Shown here: in pieces, positions 55,942 through 64,000 of the stretch
Position numbering within the stretch: the first letter of the stretch is position 1
Layout: each line of letters starts with the position of its first letter
Source: Candidatus Obscuribacteraceae bacterium
GTDB lineage: Bacteria; Cyanobacteriota; Vampirovibrionia; Obscuribacterales; Obscuribacteraceae
Length of the DNA: 64,000 nucleotides
NCBI GenBank assembly: GCA_044226015.1
Contig: JBGAHS010000010.1
Span: forward strand, 224,001 to 288,000
Direction of reading: 5' to 3'
The notes under the pieces: model-generated
The model's input: only the letters and a program-made list of their open reading frames with translations
Databases searched by the model: none
Told to the model about the DNA's origin: nothing
Position numbers and translations under genes: made by a program

Positions 55942-56339
55942 GCGTGAGCGCCTCCAAGCACTCTTGTTTTGCAAACAGATGCGATACGTGCAGTCAGCGA
56001 GCAGTAACGTGCAGTCAGCGAGCAGTAACGTGCAGTTAGCGAACTGTAACGTGCAGTTAGCGAACAGTAACTTGCAGCTTTTGTATGTGGTTTTGAAACT
56101 TTGTCTGTTCTAAGCGCGAATTTAGCGCTATCTACTTTGAACTTTTCTTCTGCTACTCGAGATGCTTTGTGCGTGTATTTGCTTATTGCATCTTGGGCTT
56201 TGTGTGCTTTTAGCGCGATATCAGTACTGTCTGTTTTTGCGCTTTGTGTTGTACGTCTTTCTTTTTCTAATTCTTCAAATAACGATTTTGCTTTTCTGTA
56301 CCTTTTTTCTTCTTTTTCTTTCTTCTTATTCTTCTTTTC
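55938..56339 (-). other. Uncalled 133-codon open frame ending in four Y(C/S)SLTAR repeats; no in-frame canonical start
   Basis: Manual translation; its TGA overlaps ATG 55941 (ATGA). Confidence 0.4.
55986..56078. repeat. 21-bp tandem repeat, four copies plus a partial copy
   Basis: acgtgcagt(c/t)agcga(g/a)c(a/t)gta. Confidence 0.92.
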
Positions 56340-56601
56340 CTACTTCCATCATAGGATTGGTCGTTTAAGGAGTTGTTAAATGAGACTCATGTTTAATAAA
56401 CAAGCAAGACCGCGCGGTTTCTCTTTCTGCAGCTACGTTTCCAGCGATTCAGGGCACTTTGGGAAAAACACTAATTAGTGCCTAGTCATCGTCCAAATTG
56501 CTGCTTAATATGAAGTCACCTGGCTCAGGGCGTCACAGCCTGGCGTTAGCGCGCTTATCCAAGTTGAGATATTGAAGCGCCGCCCCTGGGGAGGAATAAC
56601 T

Positions 56602-58362
56602 TTGGACAATCTGTTGGCGTGTTGCGATGTAAAAGTCGGAAAAGAAAACACCGATTCTGAAAAGAAGAATCAAAATTCAGAGCAGCTTTCGTCAGACATC
56701 TGGTCTGACATATTCAAAGCTACAAATGACGTAAACCAGCGTTTGAAAAACAACGAAACCGTTAAGCGGGCGCTTGACGCTCTGGATAAACTTGCTCCAC
56801 CTCCTAAAGAGAAGCAAGCCGACTGGACTTTTGCCATAAATTTCACCACCGATTTTGGTGACAATCAGGGTGTTATGTCAGGAATGGAAAGGCTGGAGGA
56901 GTTTGCAGCAAAGACAAAAGGAAGCAATGTGAAAATTGTGGCTCAGGCTGCTTTCCCGCGCGATGCTGAGATTTGTGGTGAGGACATTCAGTGCTTTGCT
57001 CCAGGTTCCAGCAAATACAGGTTAGACCGATATTTGCTTGCCGACGGGAAGCTGAAATTTATCGACTCTGTTGATTCGAATGGATATGCTGCTGATGTGG
57101 AGTCGCTCGTCAAACTCACTTCCAAGAACTATCCTGGAAAGCGAATGGGCTTAATTATTGATTCTCATGGCAGTGGAAATGAAGGTCTTCTCGGAGACAC
57201 TGGCACAGCTGGGGTGGATGAGTTTGTTCAAGCTGTGCAGAATGGACTCAAAGATAGCGGACACGCAAAGTTCGACATTCTGGACTTTGATACTTGTTTG
57301 ATGGCCCAAGATGGTGCGCTCGGAAAAATTTCCAAAGTTGCAGATCAGGTAGTAGCTTCTGCAGAAACTGAGAGTATTTATAACGCACAAAATTACCTGG
57401 ACCCGATTGCTGGGTTAATAAAAAAGCCAGAGACAGATGGTTTTACTTTAGCTCGCCAGATTGTGTCGGAAACACATAAAGATATGGAATTTTGGAAGTT
57501 TGAAGGCTGGATGCCTGCCGTGCAAACTCTCGGTCATTTCAATATGCGTCAGTATGAGCAGTTCAAAAAGAATCTTGATCAATTCGGCGAGGAACTAGTT
57601 AAGTCGCTAAATAATCCAGCAAACCGCCCCGTAATCGAAGCGGCAATTGATAATTCCCGGAAATATGGCAGTAGCGGACATCTTATGGCACTCATGTTCG
57701 GCACAAGCATTAATCAAAAGAACAGAACTGATTTGAAAGACTTTACTGAAAGGGTTCTTTCTGCCATTGATTCTGGTGAAATCTCGGACCCTGATCGAAC
57801 GCTTAAAAAGGCTGCGTACGATGTAATGTCGGCGCGCGGAATGTTTGTTGATTCCTACCATGGTGATGGTGACTACAAAGCTGCCGGTGGAATTTCAACT
57901 TTTCTGCCATCCAGATCTCTCCGTAATGTAGAGCGTGAAGTTCAAATGAGTTGTACTGCTGGGCGCTTGAAAGACCTTACTGATCCTGCCAAGTTTAATG
58001 CCGTCAATAGAACAGAGAAGACCCGAAGCGAATTTTTGGAAAAGGTTGTCGCTGAGTCATTTATGACAAATCATGGATTCTTCTTTTTCGGAGGAGTAAA
58101 GGGTGTAGAAAAAGAACTTAAGGCAGTCGACGATGCTGCTCTGAAATTCAAGAGCGCTGCCAACGACAACGCGCGCAAGACCGCCTTTGAGGAATTGCAT
58201 AACGCTTGTGTGACTCTGGCTAAATCAGCTCCTTTCACTGCTATACAAGATAGACACAAGAATGATCTTGAAGGAAAAGTTTCGAAGGTTTACAAAGCGA
58301 ACTTTATCGAGGAAACGAAAGACACAGGTTGGTCAAAATTCCGCCTTAAGCTAAAACAGTGA
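56602..58362 (+). CDS. Clostripain-family (C11) cysteine peptidase, no Sec signal
   Basis: DWTF, YPGKRMGLIIDSHGSG (His), DFDTCLMA (Cys), VVASAE; GGGGAGG before TTG 56602. Confidence 0.85.
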   Translation: MDNLLACCDVKVGKENTDSEKKNQNSEQLSSDIWSDIFKATNDVNQRLKNNETVKRALDALDKLAPPPKEKQADWTFAINFTTDFGDNQGVMSGMERLEEFAAKTKGSNVKIVAQAAFPRDAEICGEDIQCFAPGSSKYRLDRYLLADGKLKFIDSVDSNGYAADVESLVKLTSKNYPGKRMGLIIDSHGSGNEGLLGDTGTAGVDEFVQAVQNGLKDSGHAKFDILDFDTCLMAQDGALGKISKVADQVVASAETESIYNAQNYLDPIAGLIKKPETDGFTLARQIVSETHKDMEFWKFEGWMPAVQTLGHFNMRQYEQFKKNLDQFGEELVKSLNNPANRPVIEAAIDNSRKYGSSGHLMALMFGTSINQKNRTDLKDFTERVLSAIDSGEISDPDRTLKKAAYDVMSARGMFVDSYHGDGDYKAAGGISTFLPSRSLRNVEREVQMSCTAGRLKDLTDPAKFNAVNRTEKTRSEFLEKVVAESFMTNHGFFFFGGVKGVEKELKAVDDAALKFKSAANDNARKTAFEELHNACVTLAKSAPFTAIQDRHKNDLEGKVSKVYKANFIEETKDTGWSKFRLKLKQ

Positions 58363-58369
58363 TAAATGC

Positions 58370-58400
58370 AAGAGGGAAGCAGCAAACTGCTTCCCTCTTT
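58370..58400. terminator. Intrinsic terminator hairpin between convergent genes
   Basis: aagagggaagcag-caaa-ctgcttccctctt. Confidence 0.75.
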
Positions 58401-58418
58401 GGGGGATTGGATAAAGAT

Positions 58419-58937
58419 TTAGCGGGCTGGACTGAGTCCACTTTGCTCGAATTCTCTCTGTATTTTGTGCAGCTTCATTTGAGTTTCCATCTGCTGGTAT
58501 TTTGTTACAGCAAGCTTGTTTTCACATTCGATAGGAGCTGTCGCTTCAAGAGTCTTAAGGTCCATTTTTGCTCTCATCTCGCGTAGCTGAGCCTCAGAGC
58601 GTTCTGCATTAGCATTCGCCAATTCTGCTTCTGCGCGAGCCTTCTTTGCTGCTTCTTTCACGATGCCGGCTTCCATTTCTGCTTTGAACATTGATTCAAT
58701 CAACTTCTGCTTCATCAGTGCTTCTTTCAGATGGGTTTCTTCACGAGCCTTTTCTGCAAGTGCTTTAGCTTCTTCGGCGTCTGCCTCGGCTTGCCTGGCT
58801 TTCTCTGACCTTCCGCCATTGTTCATACTAGAGTCAGGTTTGCTCTGCTTGTCTGGCAGGTCATTTGCATACGTAATACTTGAAAGGCTGAACATAAGAC
58901 TGAGGGCAAACAGGACTGGACGGCTGTGATTTTTCAT
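58419..58937 (-). CDS. Secreted coiled-coil protein
   Basis: AGGAGA RBS, signal peptide, A/E/K-rich helix. Confidence 0.75.
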   Translation of the reverse strand: MKNHSRPVLFALSLMFSLSSITYANDLPDKQSKPDSSMNNGGRSEKARQAEADAEEAKALAEKAREETHLKEALMKQKLIESMFKAEMEAGIVKEAAKKARAEAELANANAERSEAQLREMRAKMDLKTLEATAPIECENKLAVTKYQQMETQMKLHKIQREFEQSGLSPAR

Positions 58938-59192
58938 AGCTTTCTCCTGAAACTTATTTTGTCGGTCGCCATGCTCGATATAACCACTCTTTCACAAAGT
59001 GTCTATTTTGAGGCTGACAACCATTGACATGTTTCGAAAATGTCACAAGTGTGATGTTTCGTCACCAGATGTGGTGGCTAGGTTGTGTCACCCTTCTCCG
59101 ATGAGCTGTGTGGTGCCCCGAGCTAGCGGAGTGGCTGCAGTCTGAAATGAGAACAGGCGGAACGGAGGACCCGAGCGCCATGTCGTGTACTC

Positions 59193-59376
59193 TGAATCCG
59201 GGTTGTGTGTGCGAATGGAGCTGCGTGATCTGTGCAAATGAATCCGGGTTGTGTGTGCGAATGGAGCTGCATGATCTGTGCAAATGAATCCGGGTTGTGT
59301 GTGCGAATGGAGCTGCGGGATCTGTGCAAATGAATCCGGGTTGTGTGTGCGATTGGAGCCGCGTGATCTGTGCAAA
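59193..59376. repeat. Intergenic tandem repeat, 4 x 46 bp
   Basis: tgaatccgggttgtgtgtgcgaatggagctgcgtgatctgtgcaaa starting at 59193, 59239, 59285 and 59331. Confidence 0.95.
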
Positions 59377-59399
59377 TGGAGCCGCGTAATGTGCTCCGT

Positions 59400-60719
59400 T
59401 CAGGCGGCAGCTTCAGTGGGTTCCTTAACCTCATGCGTTTCGCCCTCAAGGCGTTTGAATTCTTTGCTCAGTTGGGTAGCTGAGTAAAACCAGGCAGCTG
59501 CAACTACGATTCCTGCGCATAGCACGCCCATAGACCCCAGACCCAGAACCGTATTCACGATGAAGATCAGCACTCCTGCCAAGCCACGTGCAAATCGGTA
59601 AAAGAACATCTCGATTACCGGCTTTACTGAATAAAGCACTTCGCGAGGTGTGACAGTGTACATGAGTTCTTTTGCTGCTTTGAACCAGGCGTGCCTACAG
59701 CCCTCATCGAGGTGAAATACCACGATCAAAACTGCAGGATTCGGGACGAGCGCGTAAGTTATCAATCCTGCAAAGATGACGGTTGCATTCGAAGTTAGCG
59801 CAAAAACGCTCCCAAACTTTCGCAAGATTGCAGATACCAAAAACATCTCCACGAAGAACTCTACTATGGCTCGCCATCTTTCGAAATTCGCATCAAGAGT
59901 TGCGATTGCGTCACGTCCACTTGCAAGATTCTTTAGTACTTCATTGTAGAGAAATTGCACCAAATCTGGTGTCACTCGTTCGAAGGTAACCAGAAATGTC
60001 AGCAACAACAATAATTTGTTTGAGAAGATGGTTTTTAGAATGCCACTAAGATTGCTCATGTCAGCAGTTTTTATGTCTCTTGCAGCTTTTCGTTCTGTGG
60101 AGAGTCCTTGAGCTGTTTTCTCCAGAAGCAGGAAGATGATCAGTGTTACACCGACTAATCCTGCAGCAACCAACAGCATGTTCGGTGCGCCCAGTAAGTT
60201 AACGAGTGATGCAGTCAGCGTGCTACCCAAAACAGCCCCAAGTCCACCACCAGCTGCGAGAATACCAAAGAGTCGTCTTGCTCTATCTGAGTTGAAAACG
60301 TCGTTTGCGTACATCCAGAAGAGAGTCACTCCCATGATGGAGAACACATCTAGCCAAACCCAGAAAATGCCTGACGCTACAGGTGAAGGATGTTGAAAAA
60401 CCTGCCACCATATCAATAAATTGACACAGAAGAAGCCATAGACTGCGCTTATGAGCGTTTTCCTGGGCAGGTGGCTAAACTTTGAATAAAGCCAAACGAC
60501 AACTCCTGTTACCAGAGCTGTTCCAATATAAACCAGCGGCATCCATTCATTTCCCAGTCCGTCGAGAAACAATCCTCTACGAATGGGCCGCAAAACATAA
60601 TAAACGCAGATGAAAATAAATTGCCAGAGAAAGAGCATGACTGTGATTGCGCGCTCTTCCTTCTGTACGTTCATAAAAAGCTTAAGCGATTCGGCGAGAG
60701 AGGTTTCTGATTTTGCCAT
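59400..60719 (-). CDS. MFS transporter of the Npt/ATP:ADP antiporter-like family
   Basis: YYVLRPIR, FWMYANDVF...ARRLFG, KELMYT, YSVKPVIE; about 12 TM segments. Confidence 0.75.
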   Translation of the reverse strand: MAKSETSLAESLKLFMNVQKEERAITVMLFLWQFIFICVYYVLRPIRRGLFLDGLGNEWMPLVYIGTALVTGVVVWLYSKFSHLPRKTLISAVYGFFCVNLLIWWQVFQHPSPVASGIFWVWLDVFSIMGVTLFWMYANDVFNSDRARRLFGILAAGGGLGAVLGSTLTASLVNLLGAPNMLLVAAGLVGVTLIIFLLLEKTAQGLSTERKAARDIKTADMSNLSGILKTIFSNKLLLLLTFLVTFERVTPDLVQFLYNEVLKNLASGRDAIATLDANFERWRAIVEFFVEMFLVSAILRKFGSVFALTSNATVIFAGLITYALVPNPAVLIVVFHLDEGCRHAWFKAAKELMYTVTPREVLYSVKPVIEMFFYRFARGLAGVLIFIVNTVLGLGSMGVLCAGIVVAAAWFYSATQLSKEFKRLEGETHEVKEPTEAAA

Positions 60720-60986
60720 TTATCACCGCTTAAGTTGCTTCATCTAGTTTCGCGCGCTGTATACGCCAAATCTTCTAGATTTAAGAAGGAAACCAAAAGC
60801 ACCAGGGAAAGTCAAGAGTCAACGTTTTAACACTCGAAGTTTGGCCATAGCGCCATTCAAAAGCAACTCGAAATCGTCCCGAAATCTGCATGTTAAGGGC
60901 TGATTAAGAAAAACTAGGATTAGCCTAATTCAGTTATTTTTACCGCTGATTCAAAAACGGACATCTCGATCTTCCGAAGCTCCTTC

Positions 60987-62834
60987 TTATTTTTCAGGCT
61001 TAGCTGCGACCTTTGAATGGTCGTCAATCCACGTTGTTAAAGCGTCAATAAGAAGTTTGGATGGCGTGAAAGTTTCGAACATAAGGTGCTCTGCTGTTCC
61101 GACAATCAACAAATTCTTGTCTTCACAGGGTATTGCCTCGAACAACTGTACTGTTCCTTCTGGCTTAACAAGCCGGTCTTTAAGACCCTGTACAACAAAC
61201 GTCGGGGTTTTCTTGATCAACTCACATTCTTTTTTGGTGGTTCTCATGAACACCGCAAATTTGATTAGCTCTTTCGGTGTCATTTCCATTTTTGCTTTTG
61301 CATCTTGCTTCCATTTATCAGATAGCGCTTGATTTGAAGTCGCTTGTTCGGTAATCATGTCGCCAACACGGAAGGGGCGATTTTTTCCTTGCAGTAAATG
61401 CGCCGCCACAGTGAAGCCCATTCTGCGTTGCTGAAATAATTCAGCAGAAGGCACCGAAGAAATCACGCCTGCTAACTGAGGTCCATATGCCGCAGCACCA
61501 CGCAGCGCGATAGCACCACCCATCGATTCACCAAGCAAGAAAACCGGAAGATTGGGCTCTCTTCTATGAATAACATTCAACATACTCTGAATGTCTTTTA
61601 TAGATTCGCTGAAATGAACGTCTTCCTGTCCTTGCGCGCTTTGCCAGGAACCGAAACCGCGCACATCCATAGCGTAGACGCTATAACCCTTTCCAGCCAT
61701 AGTCTTGCCGAAATCGGAGTATGCTCTGTTGTCCAGTCCGAGGCCATGTACGCAGAGAATTGCGGCTTTGGCGGAATCATCGGGACCCCAGTGAATCAAT
61801 GGTAGCGAGCGCATTCTGAATTCATTTGCAAGCCACAAATAATCTGCTGATGTCTCCGGATGAAACTCATTGATGTATTTTTCTTCAAAGGTCTCTCTTA
61901 GGAAACTGACCTCATCGTCTCCTCCCCTCTTTTGGAAGTTGGAAATCAGTTTCAGAAATTTCTCTAGCATTGGCAAAATCTCAGCAGCCATTTTCTCTCT
62001 GCTGGCATCATTGTTGGTATTTCGATAGATGTTCGCCATTTGAATGCGTGCCCAGAAGAGCGCTCCGAGTGCATCAAGGTCGTCATTTTGAGCTTGCTTT
62101 TCCGCTGCGGCTAGCAACTGCTTACCATACTCTTCTGCATTCTTATAATCTTTTGCGTAGACGTAAGAGCCAGTAATGGACTCTAAAAGCAACGGAACAA
62201 GAGGATCCGGCGGATTCGTCTTACTGATGATGTCGAGTGATTTCTTGTAGTACGAAATTGCTTCAGAACTCTTTCTCATGCCCCAATAGCAAGAGCCGAT
62301 GCGTCGCTGAAGCAGCGCTGAACTACGGGCGGTGGCACTAGTTCCACGCATTTTTTCGACTTCGAGCAGATTTGCTAATGCATTGGGGTACTGGTCTGCC
62401 TGGTATTGAATTGCCGCAAGAAGATAGAGCAATTCTGTACGCTCGCTTGCTTCAAGTTTTCCTTTGAGTGCGGTAGTGACAGTGTCCTTCGCTTCTGCAT
62501 ACTTACCGTCCATTACAAGAACATAGGCTCGCGATTGCACATCTCCAAAAGTATCCTGTGTTTTGGATTGCTTGTCTGAAGACTCCGTCGATGGCTTTCC
62601 GCTATCTGCTAGCGGTTTGTCATCCGCTGCGGTTTTTGCCATTTTAGCGAGAAGAACGTGTTCTTTCACCGAGCCGAAAGTATTGCCACTGTCTGCGGCA
62701 AGGCAGCTTGAATTAAGGCTCATGTTACACATTGACAGTAACAACGTTGAGAGCAAAACTCCTTTTGCCAGCTTAATTCTGGCGCTTGACTCTGTGTGAC
62801 TTTTATGTTGAGCCAATTTCAGCGGCATAATCAA
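60987..62834 (-). CDS. Secreted TPR + alpha/beta hydrolase (lysophospholipase-like)
   Basis: TPRs then VHGLG, DVRGFG, GESMGG, QGLKDRLV, EHL. Confidence 0.88.
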   Translation of the reverse strand: MIMPLKLAQHKSHTESSARIKLAKGVLLSTLLLSMCNMSLNSSCLAADSGNTFGSVKEHVLLAKMAKTAADDKPLADSGKPSTESSDKQSKTQDTFGDVQSRAYVLVMDGKYAEAKDTVTTALKGKLEASERTELLYLLAAIQYQADQYPNALANLLEVEKMRGTSATARSSALLQRRIGSCYWGMRKSSEAISYYKKSLDIISKTNPPDPLVPLLLESITGSYVYAKDYKNAEEYGKQLLAAAEKQAQNDDLDALGALFWARIQMANIYRNTNNDASREKMAAEILPMLEKFLKLISNFQKRGGDDEVSFLRETFEEKYINEFHPETSADYLWLANEFRMRSLPLIHWGPDDSAKAAILCVHGLGLDNRAYSDFGKTMAGKGYSVYAMDVRGFGSWQSAQGQEDVHFSESIKDIQSMLNVIHRREPNLPVFLLGESMGGAIALRGAAAYGPQLAGVISSVPSAELFQQRRMGFTVAAHLLQGKNRPFRVGDMITEQATSNQALSDKWKQDAKAKMEMTPKELIKFAVFMRTTKKECELIKKTPTFVVQGLKDRLVKPEGTVQLFEAIPCEDKNLLIVGTAEHLMFETFTPSKLLIDALTTWIDDHSKVAAKPEK

Positions 62835-63090
62835 GTCCTTCTTCTCCGTCTGCTAACGTCCGAATTCTACCCCGTTTTGTTTGATGATTTTTCAAATTCT
62901 TCTCAATTCCGAGATTCTACTGCTTATGTATAGTCGATAATGGCTCTAAGTTTATGCAAAATATATAGGTTCTCGGCAAGTCGAGGGGCGTGTCACGCCG
63001 GATTCTCCTGTGATAGTTTTGCACAGCTCGCCACATCTAGAGGCACTTACATGATATGCTCTACTTCATCTTGCTTGAGGAGGTCATGTC

Positions 63091-64000
63091 ATGCATTGTG
63101 GCTGGAATTTCACGCTCAAATGCAATCATGTGAACGGCTTAAAAAAGAGTCTGCTGTTATCTTTGCTCTCGCTGCTGATGCTTTTAACGTCTGTGAGGGT
63201 CGATGCCGCTGAGAGCACGATGCCACCCAGTTATGTCGAAAATATTGTTCCTGAACTTGGACGTCTCTACGCTTACTCAGAGAAGGGGCAGTTTTCTACT
63301 GGCTCAGTGCTTCCGGTATACGAATGGATGCCCACCACTGGGCACCTGAAGGCAATTATATTGGGTATTCATGGGCTGACTCTTCATGGCAGACGTTACC
63401 GCATTCTTGCGCGCACATTCGCTGTCAATGGAATTGGGTTTGTGTCAATGGATATGCGCGGATTTGGTTCCTGCAAATTCGATGATTCTGGGCGGGAAAA
63501 GCCTAAAGATGATATGAGTTCGATAAACCACGAGAAGAGCTATCAGGACATAGCTCTTTTGATGAAGGCAATTAAGTCGCGTTATCCTCAGGTGCCTTTG
63601 ATCGTGTTGGGAGAGAGTCTGGGATGCACTTTCTGTATTCGTCTTGCTGGCGAATATCCAAGCTTGGTGAATGGTGTTGTTCTTTCAGCCCCAGCCGTCA
63701 GGGTAAATCCTAAAATGTATGCCTCTGAAAGCGACATCAAAGCCGGGTTGAAAGCACTGATTTCCAATCATCATCTAGTAAACTTAAACGGTTTCTTCCA
63801 TGACCTCGTTTCCCCGCGACCTCAAGTTGTGCAAGAGATGATTGAAGACCCATTTATCGTCAAAGCGCTGTCATTTCATGATCTGATTTCTACAGATGCG
63901 TTTGTTGATAAGACGGCTGAATGGGCTAGCACCACAGCATCTAATTTACCAATGCTTGTGATTCAAGGCAGCAATGATAAGTGTGTAGTGCCAAAGCATC
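63091..64000 (+). CDS. Secreted alpha/beta hydrolase, truncated by the window end
   Basis: Missing from the ORF track. GAGGAGG then ATG 63091; signal peptide, IHGLTLHG, DMRGFG, GESLG, QGSNDKCV. Confidence 0.88.
   Translation, partial: MHCGWNFTLKCNHVNGLKKSLLLSLLSLLMLLTSVRVDAAESTMPPSYVENIVPELGRLYAYSEKGQFSTGSVLPVYEWMPTTGHLKAIILGIHGLTLHGRRYRILARTFAVNGIGFVSMDMRGFGSCKFDDSGREKPKDDMSSINHEKSYQDIALLMKAIKSRYPQVPLIVLGESLGCTFCIRLAGEYPSLVNGVVLSAPAVRVNPKMYASESDIKAGLKALISNHHLVNLNGFFHDLVSPRPQVVQEMIEDPFIVKALSFHDLISTDAFVDKTAEWASTTASNLPMLVIQGSNDKCVVPKH

Noticed and set aside
59193..59376. CRISPR array (also considered for 18431-18626, 33498-33623 and 55986-56078)
   Set aside because: Units are head-to-tail with no unique spacers, and there are no cas genes in the window.
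59062..59487. tRNA-like sequence near 59120 and ORFs across the 46-bp array
   Set aside because: No T-arm or cloverleaf; the ORFs change frame with each repeat.

Overview
Chromosomal bacterial window with no rRNA, tRNA, CRISPR array, transposase or integrase that I can support. Gene style (many secreted TPR/caspase/lipase proteins, a VirB6-like protein, intergenic minisatellites) resembles non-photosynthetic Cyanobacteriota relatives (Vampirovibrionia/Obscuribacterales), but that is an impression, not a placement. It contains globin-PAS and LOV histidine kinases with adjacent regulators, gnd, a DnaK paralog, DacB, RpoD, several peptidases and an Npt-like MFS transporter. Most interesting: (1) a tightly coupled histidine operon (hisG-H-F-A/IE-aminotransferase-hisD) with no hisB or canonical hisC, a HisD with a Zn-ligand Gln->Arg change, an APH-fold kinase-like gene and a HAD phosphatase, suggesting a rerouted late pathway; (2) a TIGR04222-like/DUF692 (MNIO) locus preceded by an uncalled 133-codon frame with four Y(C/S)SLTAR repeats whose stop overlaps the next start; (3) a mirror-image module of active caspase-TPR + DUF4384 facing lipase-DUF4384 + dead caspase-TPR, with a shared GAKDL motif; (4) a LysM/papain-like protein with nine peptide repeats and a PsbP/DcrB-like partner; (5) an N-terminal motif shared by unrelated proteins without signal peptides. 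All calls come from motif recognition by eye; no searches were run.
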